Part shown: positions 10,523-19,872 of the stretch, piece by piece
How the letters are laid out: each line of letters starts with the position of its first letter
Position numbering within the stretch: position 1 is the first letter of the stretch
Source of the DNA: Candidatus Gallispira sp.
GTDB lineage: Bacteria > Bacillota > Clostridia > Lachnospirales > CAG-274
Assembly: GCA_048359195.1 (NCBI GenBank)
Contig: DBGCRA010000196.1
Coordinates: 843-64,842 of the forward strand
Length of the DNA stretch: 64,000 bases
Reading direction: 5' to 3'
Notes under the pieces: generated by a model
What the model was told of the DNA's origin: nothing
Databases searched by the model: none
What the model saw: only the letters and a program-made list of their open reading frames with translations
Made by a program: the position numbers and the translations under genes

Positions 10523-11395
10523 CTATTTGTTTGTATTAAACACAGTGGTTATATAAATTTCCTTAATGTGATGCTTTGTTCTTATAAATTTAAGAGCATT
10601 AAGGGCTTTATCATAGTTTTCAAAAAAGCCGAAAACAGTAGGTCCGCTGCCGCTCATAAGTGCTCCCATAGCCCCCTTATCCATCATAGCCCTTTTAATG
10701 GTGTCAATAATAGGATAATTTTTGACGGTAACGCTTTCGAGGACATTGCACATATTATCACATATACCCTGCAAATCCTTATTTTTGATAAGTTCAATCA
10801 TTTTTTCATTGTCAGGGTGTTTATCCACATTATTTAGGTCAAAACTGCCAAAAACAGCAGCAGTTGACACATTAATAGGGGGTTTTGCAATAAGGAGTAT
10901 ACTATCCGGAAATGGAGGAAGTTGTGTAAGTTTTTCACCTATACCCTCTGCAAGTGCAGTACCTCTTAATATGCAATATGGAACATCAGCCCCCAAGGTT
11001 TTGCCAAGCACCATAAGCTCATCGTCGGATGCTTTTATTTTAAGCATATTTCTTATTCCCACAAGAGTTGCGGCACAGTCACTGCTGCCTCCGGCCATAC
11101 CGGCAGCAACAGGTATATTTTTATACAAATGTATTTTCAAGCCCTCTTTTATATTATATTTTTCTCTCATAAGAGCTGCAGCACGATAAACCAGATTTCT
11201 TTCATCACAGGGCAGCCAGCTATAATTTGATGTCATTTCAATAATTCCTGTGTCAGTTGTGCTAATACTTATATTATCACAGAGATTAACTGTCTGCATT
11301 ATCATTGAAAGGTCGTGATAACCGTCCTCTCTTTTCCTTAGAACATCAAGTGTAATATTTATTTTACCCCTTGCATTCAGCTTAATTTGTTTCAT
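10523..11395 (-). CDS. ispE: 4-diphosphocytidyl-2-C-methyl-D-erythritol kinase
   Basis: GHMP-kinase pattern: KINITLDVLRKREDGYHDL, NIPVAAGMAGGSSDCAA, GALMSGSGPTVFG. Start at MKQIKLNA after a GGTGGGA SD. Confidence 0.92.
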   Translation of the reverse strand: MKQIKLNARGKINITLDVLRKREDGYHDLSMIMQTVNLCDNISISTTDTGIIEMTSNYSWLPCDERNLVYRAAALMREKYNIKEGLKIHLYKNIPVAAGMAGGSSDCAATLVGIRNMLKIKASDDELMVLGKTLGADVPYCILRGTALAEGIGEKLTQLPPFPDSILLIAKPPINVSTAAVFGSFDLNNVDKHPDNEKMIELIKNKDLQGICDNMCNVLESVTVKNYPIIDTIKRAMMDKGAMGALMSGSGPTVFGFFENYDKALNALKFIRTKHHIKEIYITTVFNTNK

Positions 11396-11461
11396 ACTAA
11401 TCCCACCTGTCAAATATCCTAATTATAAATTAAGTATACAAGAAGCTGTAATATTAGTCAA

Positions 11462-12250
11462 TCACCTTTTATTTTCAATTTGTGATACTATGTAAGGAAG
11501 TGTTCTAAAGTCATTCATTATATAGTCAGCGCCGGCTTTTTTAAACTTATCGGCAACTTTTTTTCTTGCTGACTTTTTATATTCTTCACTTAATGCTTCA
11601 AATTCAGATTGAGAAAGACCTATTTCAGAGCTTCCGTCAATAACACCTACAGTAACAACACCTGCATTATAGCCTTCTTTAATGTCATTTACTGTGTCAC
11701 CTACTTTAATAACATTGTGAACAGAGCTTACGCCCATTTTTTCCATATTTTTAAATATCATATAAGGGTGAGGTCTGCCTTGTCCCTTAACCTGTTCGGC
11801 ATTAATCCAGCAATCTACGCTAATACCCTTTTTTTCAACAAGTTTTGTCAGGAATTCCATTACTTCTGTTGGGTAGCTTGTAGTTGAACCTATTCTTATA
11901 CCTGATTCTCTTAATTTTATAAGAGTCTGTTTTACATATTCTTTAGGCTGACAGTATTTTATAAGTTTGTCATATATTTTAGCTTCAAAATGTCTGTTAA
12001 GTTCTCTTACATCACCCTCATTAGGCTCCATACCGGTATTTTTAAGCCATAGTTTTGAAATTCTGTCGCTTTCAAGAATAGCCCTTATATGGTCTACCTT
12101 TTCAATACCCATTTTAGTTCTGATTTCCTTAGTGGTAAGATCAATATTAAATTCCTTGAAAATATCTCTGTAAATCTCTTCTGTAGCCATACAGCCGTAA
12201 TCAATAATAGTTCCTGACCAGTCTAAAATAACTGCTTCTATTTTTTTCAT
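11462..12250 (-). CDS. phnX: Phosphonoacetaldehyde hydrolase-like HAD hydrolase
   Basis: IEAVILDWSGTIIDYGC...KMGIEKVDHIRAIL...GIRIGSTTSYP...KVGDTVNDIKEGYNAGVVTVGVI closely parallels Bacillus PhnX, including the DxxGT motif and the Lys-containing cap loop. Confidence 0.72.
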   Translation of the reverse strand: MKKIEAVILDWSGTIIDYGCMATEEIYRDIFKEFNIDLTTKEIRTKMGIEKVDHIRAILESDRISKLWLKNTGMEPNEGDVRELNRHFEAKIYDKLIKYCQPKEYVKQTLIKLRESGIRIGSTTSYPTEVMEFLTKLVEKKGISVDCWINAEQVKGQGRPHPYMIFKNMEKMGVSSVHNVIKVGDTVNDIKEGYNAGVVTVGVIDGSSEIGLSQSEFEALSEEYKKSARKKVADKFKKAGADYIMNDFRTLPYIVSQIENKR

Positions 12251-12383
12251 AAACTCCACTTCCTTATACAATTATACTTATTATAATCATAACATAAAAA
12301 CTATACCAAAATCAACAATTTTTAGTAAATTTATATTAAAATATTTGTATAATGGTTCAAATATTGCTCTTTTATTAAAAAAC

Positions 12384-12412
12384 TTGCAATTTATTAATAT
12401 ATGTTGTATGAT
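12384..12412 (+). promoter_or_regulatory. SigmaA-type promoter (TTGCAA-17-TATGAT) for the ABC-like pair
   Basis: Hexamers at 12384-12389 and 12407-12412. Confidence 0.45.
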
Positions 12413-12468
12413 TATATATATAATTACAATAGCTTTAAGCAAAACAATTATTTACAGGGGGATATAAA

Positions 12469-13242
12469 ATGACTCCGGAAGAAAAAAATGTTATGGCAGA
12501 AAATGTAAATATTTCAGGCAGAGAAAGAAAAAGCAAATTACCTGTAGTTTTTAAAATGGTAAATGTGTCTAAAAAATATGGCTCAAAATTAGTTTTAAAA
12601 AATTGTACCATTACTCTTAAAAAGGGTGAGGTTATGGCTGTTATAGGTCCTGAAAATAATGGTAAATCAACTTTGGCAAAAATTGCATCAGGTCTTGTTT
12701 CTCCTACAAAAGGTACTGTTACCGTAAGAGGCGTAAATGCAGGCAGAATAACTAATTCCATTGTAAGCTATCAGCCGGATATTCCTTTTTTTAAGTATGA
12801 TTATACTGTGTCAGAAATTTTAAATTTATACAGCGGTTTTTTTAATGATTTCAGCTATAAAAAAGCTTATCATCTTTTAAATCATTTTGATATTTCAAGA
12901 CGTACCCGTTTTGAAAATCTTTCAACAACGGCGTTGTTTATTATTCAGGTAATTCTGATTTCAAGCAGAAAGGCAAGTTTGTACATATTTGATGACCCTC
13001 TTGTTCACTGTGATCCTAAATACAGAGGTGAAATTATTACCATGATTGATAAATGCAGAAAAAATGGTGCTGTTTTGCTTTTATCACAGACTGCACAAGG
13101 CCTTGATGATATTACAGATAAGGTTGCTTTTATAAGACGCGGTGAGATTGTTAAAGAATTTCATGATGCCGATGCTTATGAGGCTGAATTTGGTGACAGT
13201 TTGTTAAATGACGTTTACAGGGAGGTTTTTAAGAATGCTTAA
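12469..13242 (+). CDS. ABC-transporter ATPase-like protein with degenerate catalytic motifs
   Basis: Walker A GPENNGKST and the Q-loop are present. The signature is LSTTA instead of LSGGQ, Walker B is LYIFDDP (no catalytic Glu), and the H-loop His is replaced (LLLSQT). Confidence 0.8.
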   Translation: MTPEEKNVMAENVNISGRERKSKLPVVFKMVNVSKKYGSKLVLKNCTITLKKGEVMAVIGPENNGKSTLAKIASGLVSPTKGTVTVRGVNAGRITNSIVSYQPDIPFFKYDYTVSEILNLYSGFFNDFSYKKAYHLLNHFDISRRTRFENLSTTALFIIQVILISSRKASLYIFDDPLVHCDPKYRGEIITMIDKCRKNGAVLLLSQTAQGLDDITDKVAFIRRGEIVKEFHDADAYEAEFGDSLLNDVYREVFKNA

Positions 13243-14038
13243 TCTTTTGTATTATGATATGAAAGCTACTGTTAAAAGAAGCTGGTATTATATTATAATT
13301 GTTGCTTTGGTTGCGTTCCTTGTACGTTTTTTTATGAGTGATGCCTTTAAGTCCTTTTTTGTGGATTTGAATTTTATTTACGGCTATATTATAAGTGTTG
13401 TATCAGCGGGCTTTTTAGGTGCGTTTGGTGTTCTTGTTACTCTTATTATTATTGTTTATCAGACCCAGTGGTTTGATGAAAATATACTGTCCTCTCAGAG
13501 TCAGCTTACTAATATGCTGCCTGTTGCAAGTTGGCAGATAATTTTAAGTAAAATTATTACGGCACTTATTTGGAGTATTATTATTGTTGCTATGACTATA
13601 GGTGTTACCTGTATTGTGGTGGTTAATACAGATTACTTTGAAACCTTTGTCAAATTTGTGGTAGAGGTTGGAGTTGACAATAATATGAATTTAAGTCCGG
13701 TAGGTTTTATTTTGTCATTAGGTATTTATATTGTGACAGGTATTACATCATTTATTGCTCTTTGCTTTTTATCACAAATGATTGGGCAAATATTTGGAAG
13801 TTTCAGGAATCTGTTTGTATTTATTTCATTTCTACTTATTTTGGCTTTAAGTATTGGTGTTTTATGGAATATTGCTCCTTATATAGGAATTGTAATTCCT
13901 GAAAGCATTGCAGCTAATGAGCTTGCTGTTTTTTGTGCACAGGCAGCAATTAAGCTTTCTGTTGTGAATATAATAAATATTGTAGTTTATTGGCTTGTAT
14001 CATCAATAATATTACAGAAATTTTTAAATGTAGCGTAA
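13235..14038 (+). CDS. Polytopic membrane protein (ABC-2-type permease-like partner)
   Basis: About 267 aa, about 6 TM. The start ATG overlaps the upstream stop (ATGCTTAA), with a GGGAGG SD. Confidence 0.7.
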   Translation: MLNLLYYDMKATVKRSWYYIIIVALVAFLVRFFMSDAFKSFFVDLNFIYGYIISVVSAGFLGAFGVLVTLIIIVYQTQWFDENILSSQSQLTNMLPVASWQIILSKIITALIWSIIIVAMTIGVTCIVVVNTDYFETFVKFVVEVGVDNNMNLSPVGFILSLGIYIVTGITSFIALCFLSQMIGQIFGSFRNLFVFISFLLILALSIGVLWNIAPYIGIVIPESIAANELAVFCAQAAIKLSVVNIINIVVYWLVSSIILQKFLNVA

Positions 14039-14043
14039 AATAA

Positions 14044-14070
14044 CCCCGACATATGTCGGGGCATTTTTTT
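14044..14070. terminator. Intrinsic terminator CCCCGAC-atat-GTCGGGG + T7
   Basis: GC-rich 7-bp stem with a T-run, located between convergent genes. Confidence 0.85.
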
Positions 14071-14088
14071 AAGCCGTTAAAGCTTAAA

Positions 14089-14973
14089 TCATCTACAGCC
14101 ACAGCCGCAGTTACAATTTCCGCAGCCACAGCCACGTCTTTCATCGTCGTCACAATCATTATCATTGTCGGCAGGAATATTGCCGCTTATGCCTGCTAAA
14201 AACTCTCTCTTCTGTGGTGGAGCAAATATATCCATTGGGAAATCTAATCCATCAAAGAAATCGCAGGCATTGATGTTGGAAACTTCTTCACACTTCTTAG
14301 GAATGCAGAAGCCCTTTGATTCAACAGAAAGATTAACTATTCTGAAAAGCTTAACAATAGTAAATAAGCCTATAGTAACATTTACGTGGTCAGCGTTGTC
14401 AGCACCGTCACCACAACAACAGCAATTCTTGAATACAAGCTCTGCTGCAAGGGAAACTGCCTTTGACTCAACTAATACGAAAGGCTGACCGCTGGTGTCA
14501 AAGCTTGAGCCTCCTGTTGAGAAGAGGTCAGTTGAAATTAAAGAATCAGTAGCAATAGAACCAAATAATGTTACTTTCTTGTTAAATACACTTTGTGCAG
14601 GGATTGTGCAAAGTATGCCGCCGTTTACATTTCTGAATACAAGATCATATCTGAAAACGTATTTAAGGTCAATATCCCAGTGACCAACCTTAAAAGGACT
14701 TGGTTCCTTTGATACAACAACAACTCTTTCTATACGAAAGTTAGATACAGTAACTGCTGCTGCTGTTTCCGGAGGAGTAATTATTTCGCCCTGTTCAAGG
14801 CAAATGTCCTGACAGAAATTGCCACTTTCAGCAGCTCTTGCAGGACCTATAATTCCACTTTCAAGACAATCCTGCTGTCTGCAAGCATCATACACTTTAA
14901 GGGCAATGATACATTCATCCTTAACCTTGCTGCATCCTGTAACTGCATTTGTGTCAAAATCAAAAATTCCCAT
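14089..14973 (-). CDS. Cysteine-rich hypothetical protein (candidate spore coat/exosporium component)
   Basis: 294 aa with a strong AGGAGG SD. About two dozen Cys, including KNCCCCGDG and the C-terminal tail CDDDERRGCGCGNCNCGCGCR. No signal peptide or TM. Confidence 0.7.
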   Translation of the reverse strand: MGIFDFDTNAVTGCSKVKDECIIALKVYDACRQQDCLESGIIGPARAAESGNFCQDICLEQGEIITPPETAAAVTVSNFRIERVVVVSKEPSPFKVGHWDIDLKYVFRYDLVFRNVNGGILCTIPAQSVFNKKVTLFGSIATDSLISTDLFSTGGSSFDTSGQPFVLVESKAVSLAAELVFKNCCCCGDGADNADHVNVTIGLFTIVKLFRIVNLSVESKGFCIPKKCEEVSNINACDFFDGLDFPMDIFAPPQKREFLAGISGNIPADNDNDCDDDERRGCGCGNCNCGCGCR

Positions 14974-15010
14974 TTTGTTACCTCCTGTTTTTTTATTCCC
15001 CCTCTAATGT

Positions 15011-15037
15011 TAAGATATGAAATAGGTTTATTTTTGT
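15011..15037 (-). promoter_or_regulatory. SigmaK-like promoter (AC-N16-CATATCTTA) upstream of the Cys-rich protein
   Basis: The reverse complement reads AC aaaaataaacctattt CATATCTTA, matching AC-N16/17-CATAnnnTA, about 35 nt upstream of the ATG. Confidence 0.4.
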
Positions 15038-15056
15038 GATTGAGTGTGATATAATT

Positions 15057-15097
15057 AATTAATGTTTATTTTACCAAAGGTTAAATAAACATTAATT
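15057..15097. repeat. Palindromic intergenic repeat, copy 1 (AATTAATGTTTATTTTACC-AAA-GGTTAAATAAACATTAATT)
   Basis: 19-nt arms with one mismatch. Same family as 31578, 35233 and 52976. Confidence 0.85.
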
Positions 15098-15117
15098 TAA
15101 ACTAAAAGGAGAAAACT

Positions 15118-15705
15118 ATGAAAAAACTAATACTGCTTATATTATCATTAACTTTTTTTATGACAGCCTGTACAAGTGATGAAGCACCTGCAGAGTGTAT
15201 TTCACAGGCAAATGAATTTGTGGAATATTTCAGGGAAAAAGATTTTGAAAGTATGTATGCTATGACAAAATATCAGGATCCTTATCTTGCAGGCACATAT
15301 GATAAAAATTCGGCAATAGGTCAAAAACTTTTTAATGCCATGAGTGACCATCTTACATTTGAAATAACAGGAGGCTCAACAGAAGGAAAAAATGCCTATG
15401 TTAAAGCACATGTTACAACTATAGACTTTAAGCAGCTTTTGACAGATGTTGTAGGTCAATATACCGAATATTGTAAAGCTAATGGTGACAATATAACATC
15501 TGATGAAATGGGTCAGGCTCTTGAGAGTATACTTGATGAGGCTTTAAAAAACCCCACTCCTTATGAAAAAGATACTTCAATTGATTTTATAAAAGAAAAA
15601 GGAAAATGGATAATTGAGGATAATGTTGGTATTTATGACGATTTAGCAGGGGGATATATTACATACTGCTTTGGAGTTAATTCTGCAATAGGTGCAAATC
15701 AGTAA
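15118..15705 (+). CDS. Lipoprotein, function unknown
   Basis: Signal peptide with lipobox (LSLTFFMTAC) and a GGAG SD. Confidence 0.75.
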   Translation: MKKLILLILSLTFFMTACTSDEAPAECISQANEFVEYFREKDFESMYAMTKYQDPYLAGTYDKNSAIGQKLFNAMSDHLTFEITGGSTEGKNAYVKAHVTTIDFKQLLTDVVGQYTEYCKANGDNITSDEMGQALESILDEALKNPTPYEKDTSIDFIKEKGKWIIEDNVGIYDDLAGGYITYCFGVNSAIGANQ

Positions 15706-15803
15706 TTTTTAATGAAAAAATCCGTAATAGCATATTGCATTTTTCGACTTTAACATTTATAATTATATTAATATGAATTTAAATTACGCAAGGGGGTTGC
15801 TTA

Positions 15804-18800
15804 ATGAAAAAGAGAATTATTTATGCAGGTATGTCACTTGCCATGGCATTTACAAGCATTGGTTCCATACCCGCATCAGCGGCTATTGACAGCAGTTGGA
15901 TTGTAGATTGGACAGGTAAGGACGGAAGCATTAATTTTAATGTTACAACTACTGCCGATAACAAGGTGGTTATGGAAAATACAAAGGTAAATAACGGCAA
16001 GTTTTCAGATGGTGAAGACAGCATTATTTATTATGCAAAGGAACTTGAATGTTCGGATGATTTTGAATTAAGTGCAAATGTCACTATTAATGAGTACAAC
16101 ACTATGGACGAAAGCAGCAATCCTCAGCAGGGTTCTGTAGGTATTGCGGTTTTGGACTCTCTTTATCATAAAACTGATGATATTTCATTTGATGATGGTG
16201 TATTCTTAGGTACATATGCAAAAAGCAAAACTGATGATTTGACATTCAGAGCAATTTCAAGAAATTCTTCTGACAAAAAAGAAGTGGGAGAGGCTCTTTC
16301 TGATGCCATAGCAAACACAGGCAGCAATTTAGGAACTTTCTCTCTTTCTATTAAGAAAATAGGAGATGCTTATACACTTACCTGTGGTGACAACAGTCAG
16401 GTAGTGGAAATGACTTCTCTTGAAGATACAATTTACCCTTGTTTATATATTGCAAGAAATGTAAAAGCAACTTTTTCTAATGTAAAACTTGAGGAAATTA
16501 AGAGAAAACCTGCATCTATGAAGATTGAGGGAAGCTGTAAAACTGAATATATTTATGGTGACAGTCTTGATCTTTCAGGAATAAAGGCAATGGTAACTTA
16601 TAATGACGGAACAACTGAGGAAGTTAAGGATTATCTTGTAAAGGGCTTTAATTCCAAGAAAATAGGAAAGCAGACTGTAACTCTTGTAAAAGGAAATGCT
16701 AAGGCAAATATTAATGTTGAAGTTAAGAATTTAGAGGTAACGGCTATTAATACTGACTATTTGCCGTTAAAGAGTACTTATGCCAACGGTGATATTTTTA
16801 AAACAGAAGGTATGCAGATAAGTGCTGATTATGCTGACGGTACAAGTGAAATTTTAAATGCTGACAAATATATTTTAAAAATTGACGGCAAGGAAATTAA
16901 AGACGGTGATAAGCTTAAGGATACGGGTAAAAAACAGGTTAAAATTTACAGAGCTGATGAGGAAGGTATCTCATCTAAGGTAATTGGTAATTTTTATATT
17001 AATATTAACAAAAATTCCGTTGATACCATTACTGTTAAAGAGCCGGTAAAAAAGATTTACTACTTAGGCGATGAAATTGATACAACCGGTATGGTTGTTA
17101 CTTCAAGTTATATTGATAATTCAGGAAAAACAATTACTGAAATTTTAAAGCCTTGCGATTATACTGTTTCAGGCTTTGACAGTCAGGATATAGGCGACAA
17201 AACAGTTGTTGTTACTTCAACTGCAAATACAAATGTTTCCGCAAGCTTTAAGGTAAACGTTTTTGAAAGACAGCCTCAGAAAATTCAAATTTCAGAATAT
17301 CCAAGAACTACTTATGCTGTAGGTGAAGAATTTGATGATTCAGATATGATTGTTTCTATTGTTTATGACAATGGTGACATTGAGGCTACCGATAATTATA
17401 CTGTTGACACTTCAGCTTTTAATACATCAGAAGTTGGTGCAACATCAGTTACTGTAAGTGCAGATGGATTTGAAAGTGTTACACTTCCCGTTACAGTAGT
17501 TGCTGAAATGAATAATATTTGGAGAAGTGCTACCTTTGGTCAGAGTTCAGGCTATGACAAAGGTTCTGAATCAGTAGGTGTTACTGTTGAAAATTATGGT
17601 ACTGTTCAGGGCAAGATTAATGTAAAAGCTTGGGATGGTGCAGGCAAGATTACCAATGATCATGACGGTATGACATATTACTTTACTAAGATTGACGGAA
17701 ACAATGACTTTAAGATCAGTGCTGATATTACTGTTGACAAGTATCTTGAGCATGATAATGATGATACAAAGAGAAACGGTCAGGAAGCATTTGGTATTAT
17801 GGCTAGGGATGTTGTTCCTTTAGAGTCTAATGACGGTACGCTTACCATTGACCCTTCTTCAGCTAAAGTTGATGCAGAGGGTGCAGTTGTTCCTGTAAGC
17901 AATAATAAGGTGTTTGCATCCAATATGGCACTTTTGGGCGGATATTCAGGTACAGGCTGGCCAAGTGATCCAAGTGCCGCATCTTATGAAAAGAATGCAA
18001 ATATTAACAGAATTAACCTTCTTGTAAGAGATGGTGTTACTGCAACTGACGGCGGCGGTACAAGAAAAGGTCCTTACGCAGTAAGTTCAGACTTCCCTAA
18101 GGAAGGCAATAAATACAGAATGACCCTTGAAAGATTAAACGGTGGGTTAATGGCTAAGTGCTATAACTATCAGACTGAGGAAACTATGGAATATTATTAT
18201 TATGATGATAGTTTCCTCACCGTTCAGAATGCTGATGCTGCTTATGTGGGATTTTTTGCTGCAAGATGGGCAGAAATTACTGTTGAAAATGTTGATTTTT
18301 ATGAAAGTGCAAAGGCTACTGACAGAGCTATTGTAAGCAATGAAAATATTGCTGAAACTCCTGAGCTTTTGTTTAGAACGAAGCCTTATTCAACAAAGCC
18401 TGTGTATGAATTTGACCTTGACCTTGACAATGCAAAGGGTACTGTTACGGTTAAAATGAATGACAAGGTTATTGCACAGGACAGACCTATTTCAGATGTT
18501 GAGCATTTTACAGCTAATTTGGATACTAACAGGATTAATAAGCTTGTTGCTGTTTTCACTCCTGATGACAGTCTTAACTTAACAAGCTATGAGCCTATTG
18601 TTATAAGAGAGAATATTTATCATAAGAGTGTAAATACTGCTTATACTACTGTTTATGCAAGTCCTGATGGCAGCTTTAAGGGCAATGGTACAGAAGGCAA
18701 TCCATATGATATTTATACTGCAATAGGTTTTTTACAGCCGGGACAGTCTCTTGTATTAAAGGGCGGTACTTATAATATTGATAAGCCTATTGAAATTTTA

Positions 18801-19745
18801 TACGGAGATAACGGTACAGCCTCAAAGATGCTTACCGTTCAGGCTGAAAAGGGTAAAAAGGTTGTTATTGATTGTCAGAAACAGACAGCAGGTGTTATAC
18901 TTGGCGGCGATTACTGGCATTTTAAGGATATTGAATTTACTAATTCTGCCGATAACCAGAAGTGTTTCCATTTAGGCGGCAGCCATAATATTATTGAAAA
19001 TTGTATATTCTCAAACAACGGAGATATGGGTTTACAGATAAGCAGAATAAGCGGCAAGGATCAGCCTGACTTTGAACAGTGGCCTTCTTATAACTTAATT
19101 TTAGACTGTGAAACTTATAATAACTGCGATCCGTCTATGATTAATGCCGATGGTTTTGGTGCAAAGCTTACTGTAGGTACAGGCAATGTATTTAGGAATT
19201 GTAAGTCACATCACAATGTTGATGACGGCTGGGATTTATATACTAAGGTAAGTACAGGTGCTATCGGTGCAGTTACTCTTGAAAACTGTGAATCTTACAG
19301 AAATGGTTGGAGATTAAACGAAGACGGTACTGAAACTCCTTATAATGCAGGCGGCAACAATGGATTTAAGTGCGGTGGAGAAAATGTCGCAGTTCAGCAT
19401 GAATTGATTAACTGTAAGGCATGGGGCAACGGAAATAACGGTATTACTACCAATTCTAACCCTGCCCTTAAACTTGTTAATGTAACAGCCTACAGCAATA
19501 AGGGTTCTAATATAAGACTTTACAGTGATAAGCCTTCTGAATATAATTATGATGTTCAGGGTATAGTTTCTTTAGATGCAGGTGAGCCTGATGTAGTTGC
19601 AACTCTTACGGAAAATACAGAGTATACCAATGCAAGCGAAACTCCTCTTGAAAGCAGTATTAATTACTGGTGCAAGGCAGCAGACAGCGTAGGTATAAAT
19701 GTTCTTGGTGAAACTATATCTGTTGAAAAGGTTGTTAATAAATAA
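15804..19745 (+). CDS. Secreted multidomain pectate lyase-like protein (2 ConA/LamG-like modules, about 5 Big_3 Ig-like repeats, C-terminal PL9-type beta-helix)
   Basis: Signal peptide, then repeated Y..GD.LD..G..V...Y.DG..E.V......V.GF.S...G...V modules. C-terminus has ASPDGSFKGNGTEGNPYDIYTAI, NADGFGAK, DDGWDLY and NNGFKCGG, as in PL9 lyases. Confidence 0.8.
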   Translation: MKKRIIYAGMSLAMAFTSIGSIPASAAIDSSWIVDWTGKDGSINFNVTTTADNKVVMENTKVNNGKFSDGEDSIIYYAKELECSDDFELSANVTINEYNTMDESSNPQQGSVGIAVLDSLYHKTDDISFDDGVFLGTYAKSKTDDLTFRAISRNSSDKKEVGEALSDAIANTGSNLGTFSLSIKKIGDAYTLTCGDNSQVVEMTSLEDTIYPCLYIARNVKATFSNVKLEEIKRKPASMKIEGSCKTEYIYGDSLDLSGIKAMVTYNDGTTEEVKDYLVKGFNSKKIGKQTVTLVKGNAKANINVEVKNLEVTAINTDYLPLKSTYANGDIFKTEGMQISADYADGTSEILNADKYILKIDGKEIKDGDKLKDTGKKQVKIYRADEEGISSKVIGNFYININKNSVDTITVKEPVKKIYYLGDEIDTTGMVVTSSYIDNSGKTITEILKPCDYTVSGFDSQDIGDKTVVVTSTANTNVSASFKVNVFERQPQKIQISEYPRTTYAVGEEFDDSDMIVSIVYDNGDIEATDNYTVDTSAFNTSEVGATSVTVSADGFESVTLPVTVVAEMNNIWRSATFGQSSGYDKGSESVGVTVENYGTVQGKINVKAWDGAGKITNDHDGMTYYFTKIDGNNDFKISADITVDKYLEHDNDDTKRNGQEAFGIMARDVVPLESNDGTLTIDPSSAKVDAEGAVVPVSNNKVFASNMALLGGYSGTGWPSDPSAASYEKNANINRINLLVRDGVTATDGGGTRKGPYAVSSDFPKEGNKYRMTLERLNGGLMAKCYNYQTEETMEYYYYDDSFLTVQNADAAYVGFFAARWAEITVENVDFYESAKATDRAIVSNENIAETPELLFRTKPYSTKPVYEFDLDLDNAKGTVTVKMNDKVIAQDRPISDVEHFTANLDTNRINKLVAVFTPDDSLNLTSYEPIVIRENIYHKSVNTAYTTVYASPDGSFKGNGTEGNPYDIYTAIGFLQPGQSLVLKGGTYNIDKPIEILYGDNGTASKMLTVQAEKGKKVVIDCQKQTAGVILGGDYWHFKDIEFTNSADNQKCFHLGGSHNIIENCIFSNNGDMGLQISRISGKDQPDFEQWPSYNLILDCETYNNCDPSMINADGFGAKLTVGTGNVFRNCKSHHNVDDGWDLYTKVSTGAIGAVTLENCESYRNGWRLNEDGTETPYNAGGNNGFKCGGENVAVQHELINCKAWGNGNNGITTNSNPALKLVNVTAYSNKGSNIRLYSDKPSEYNYDVQGIVSLDAGEPDVVATLTENTEYTNASETPLESSINYWCKAADSVGINVLGETISVEKVVNK

Positions 19746-19761
19746 TTTATTGTAAAATTTT

Positions 19762-19792
19762 AAGACCTCCCTTGTAATGAGGGAGGTCTTTT
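19762..19792 (+). terminator. Intrinsic terminator AAGACCTCCC/GGGAGGTCTT
   Basis: 10-bp perfect stem 17 nt after the stop, followed by TT. Confidence 0.75.
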
Positions 19793-19872
19793 AACAAAAG
19801 ATATTACATTGAAAATACAACATAGCAAACTGCATATGTTGTTACAAGATGTAAAATTAAAGGAAGTTTATT

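Noticed and set aside
10433-11189. Plus-strand ORFs 10433-10837 and 10722-11189
   Set aside because: Antisense to ispE, which has clear GHMP-kinase motifs.
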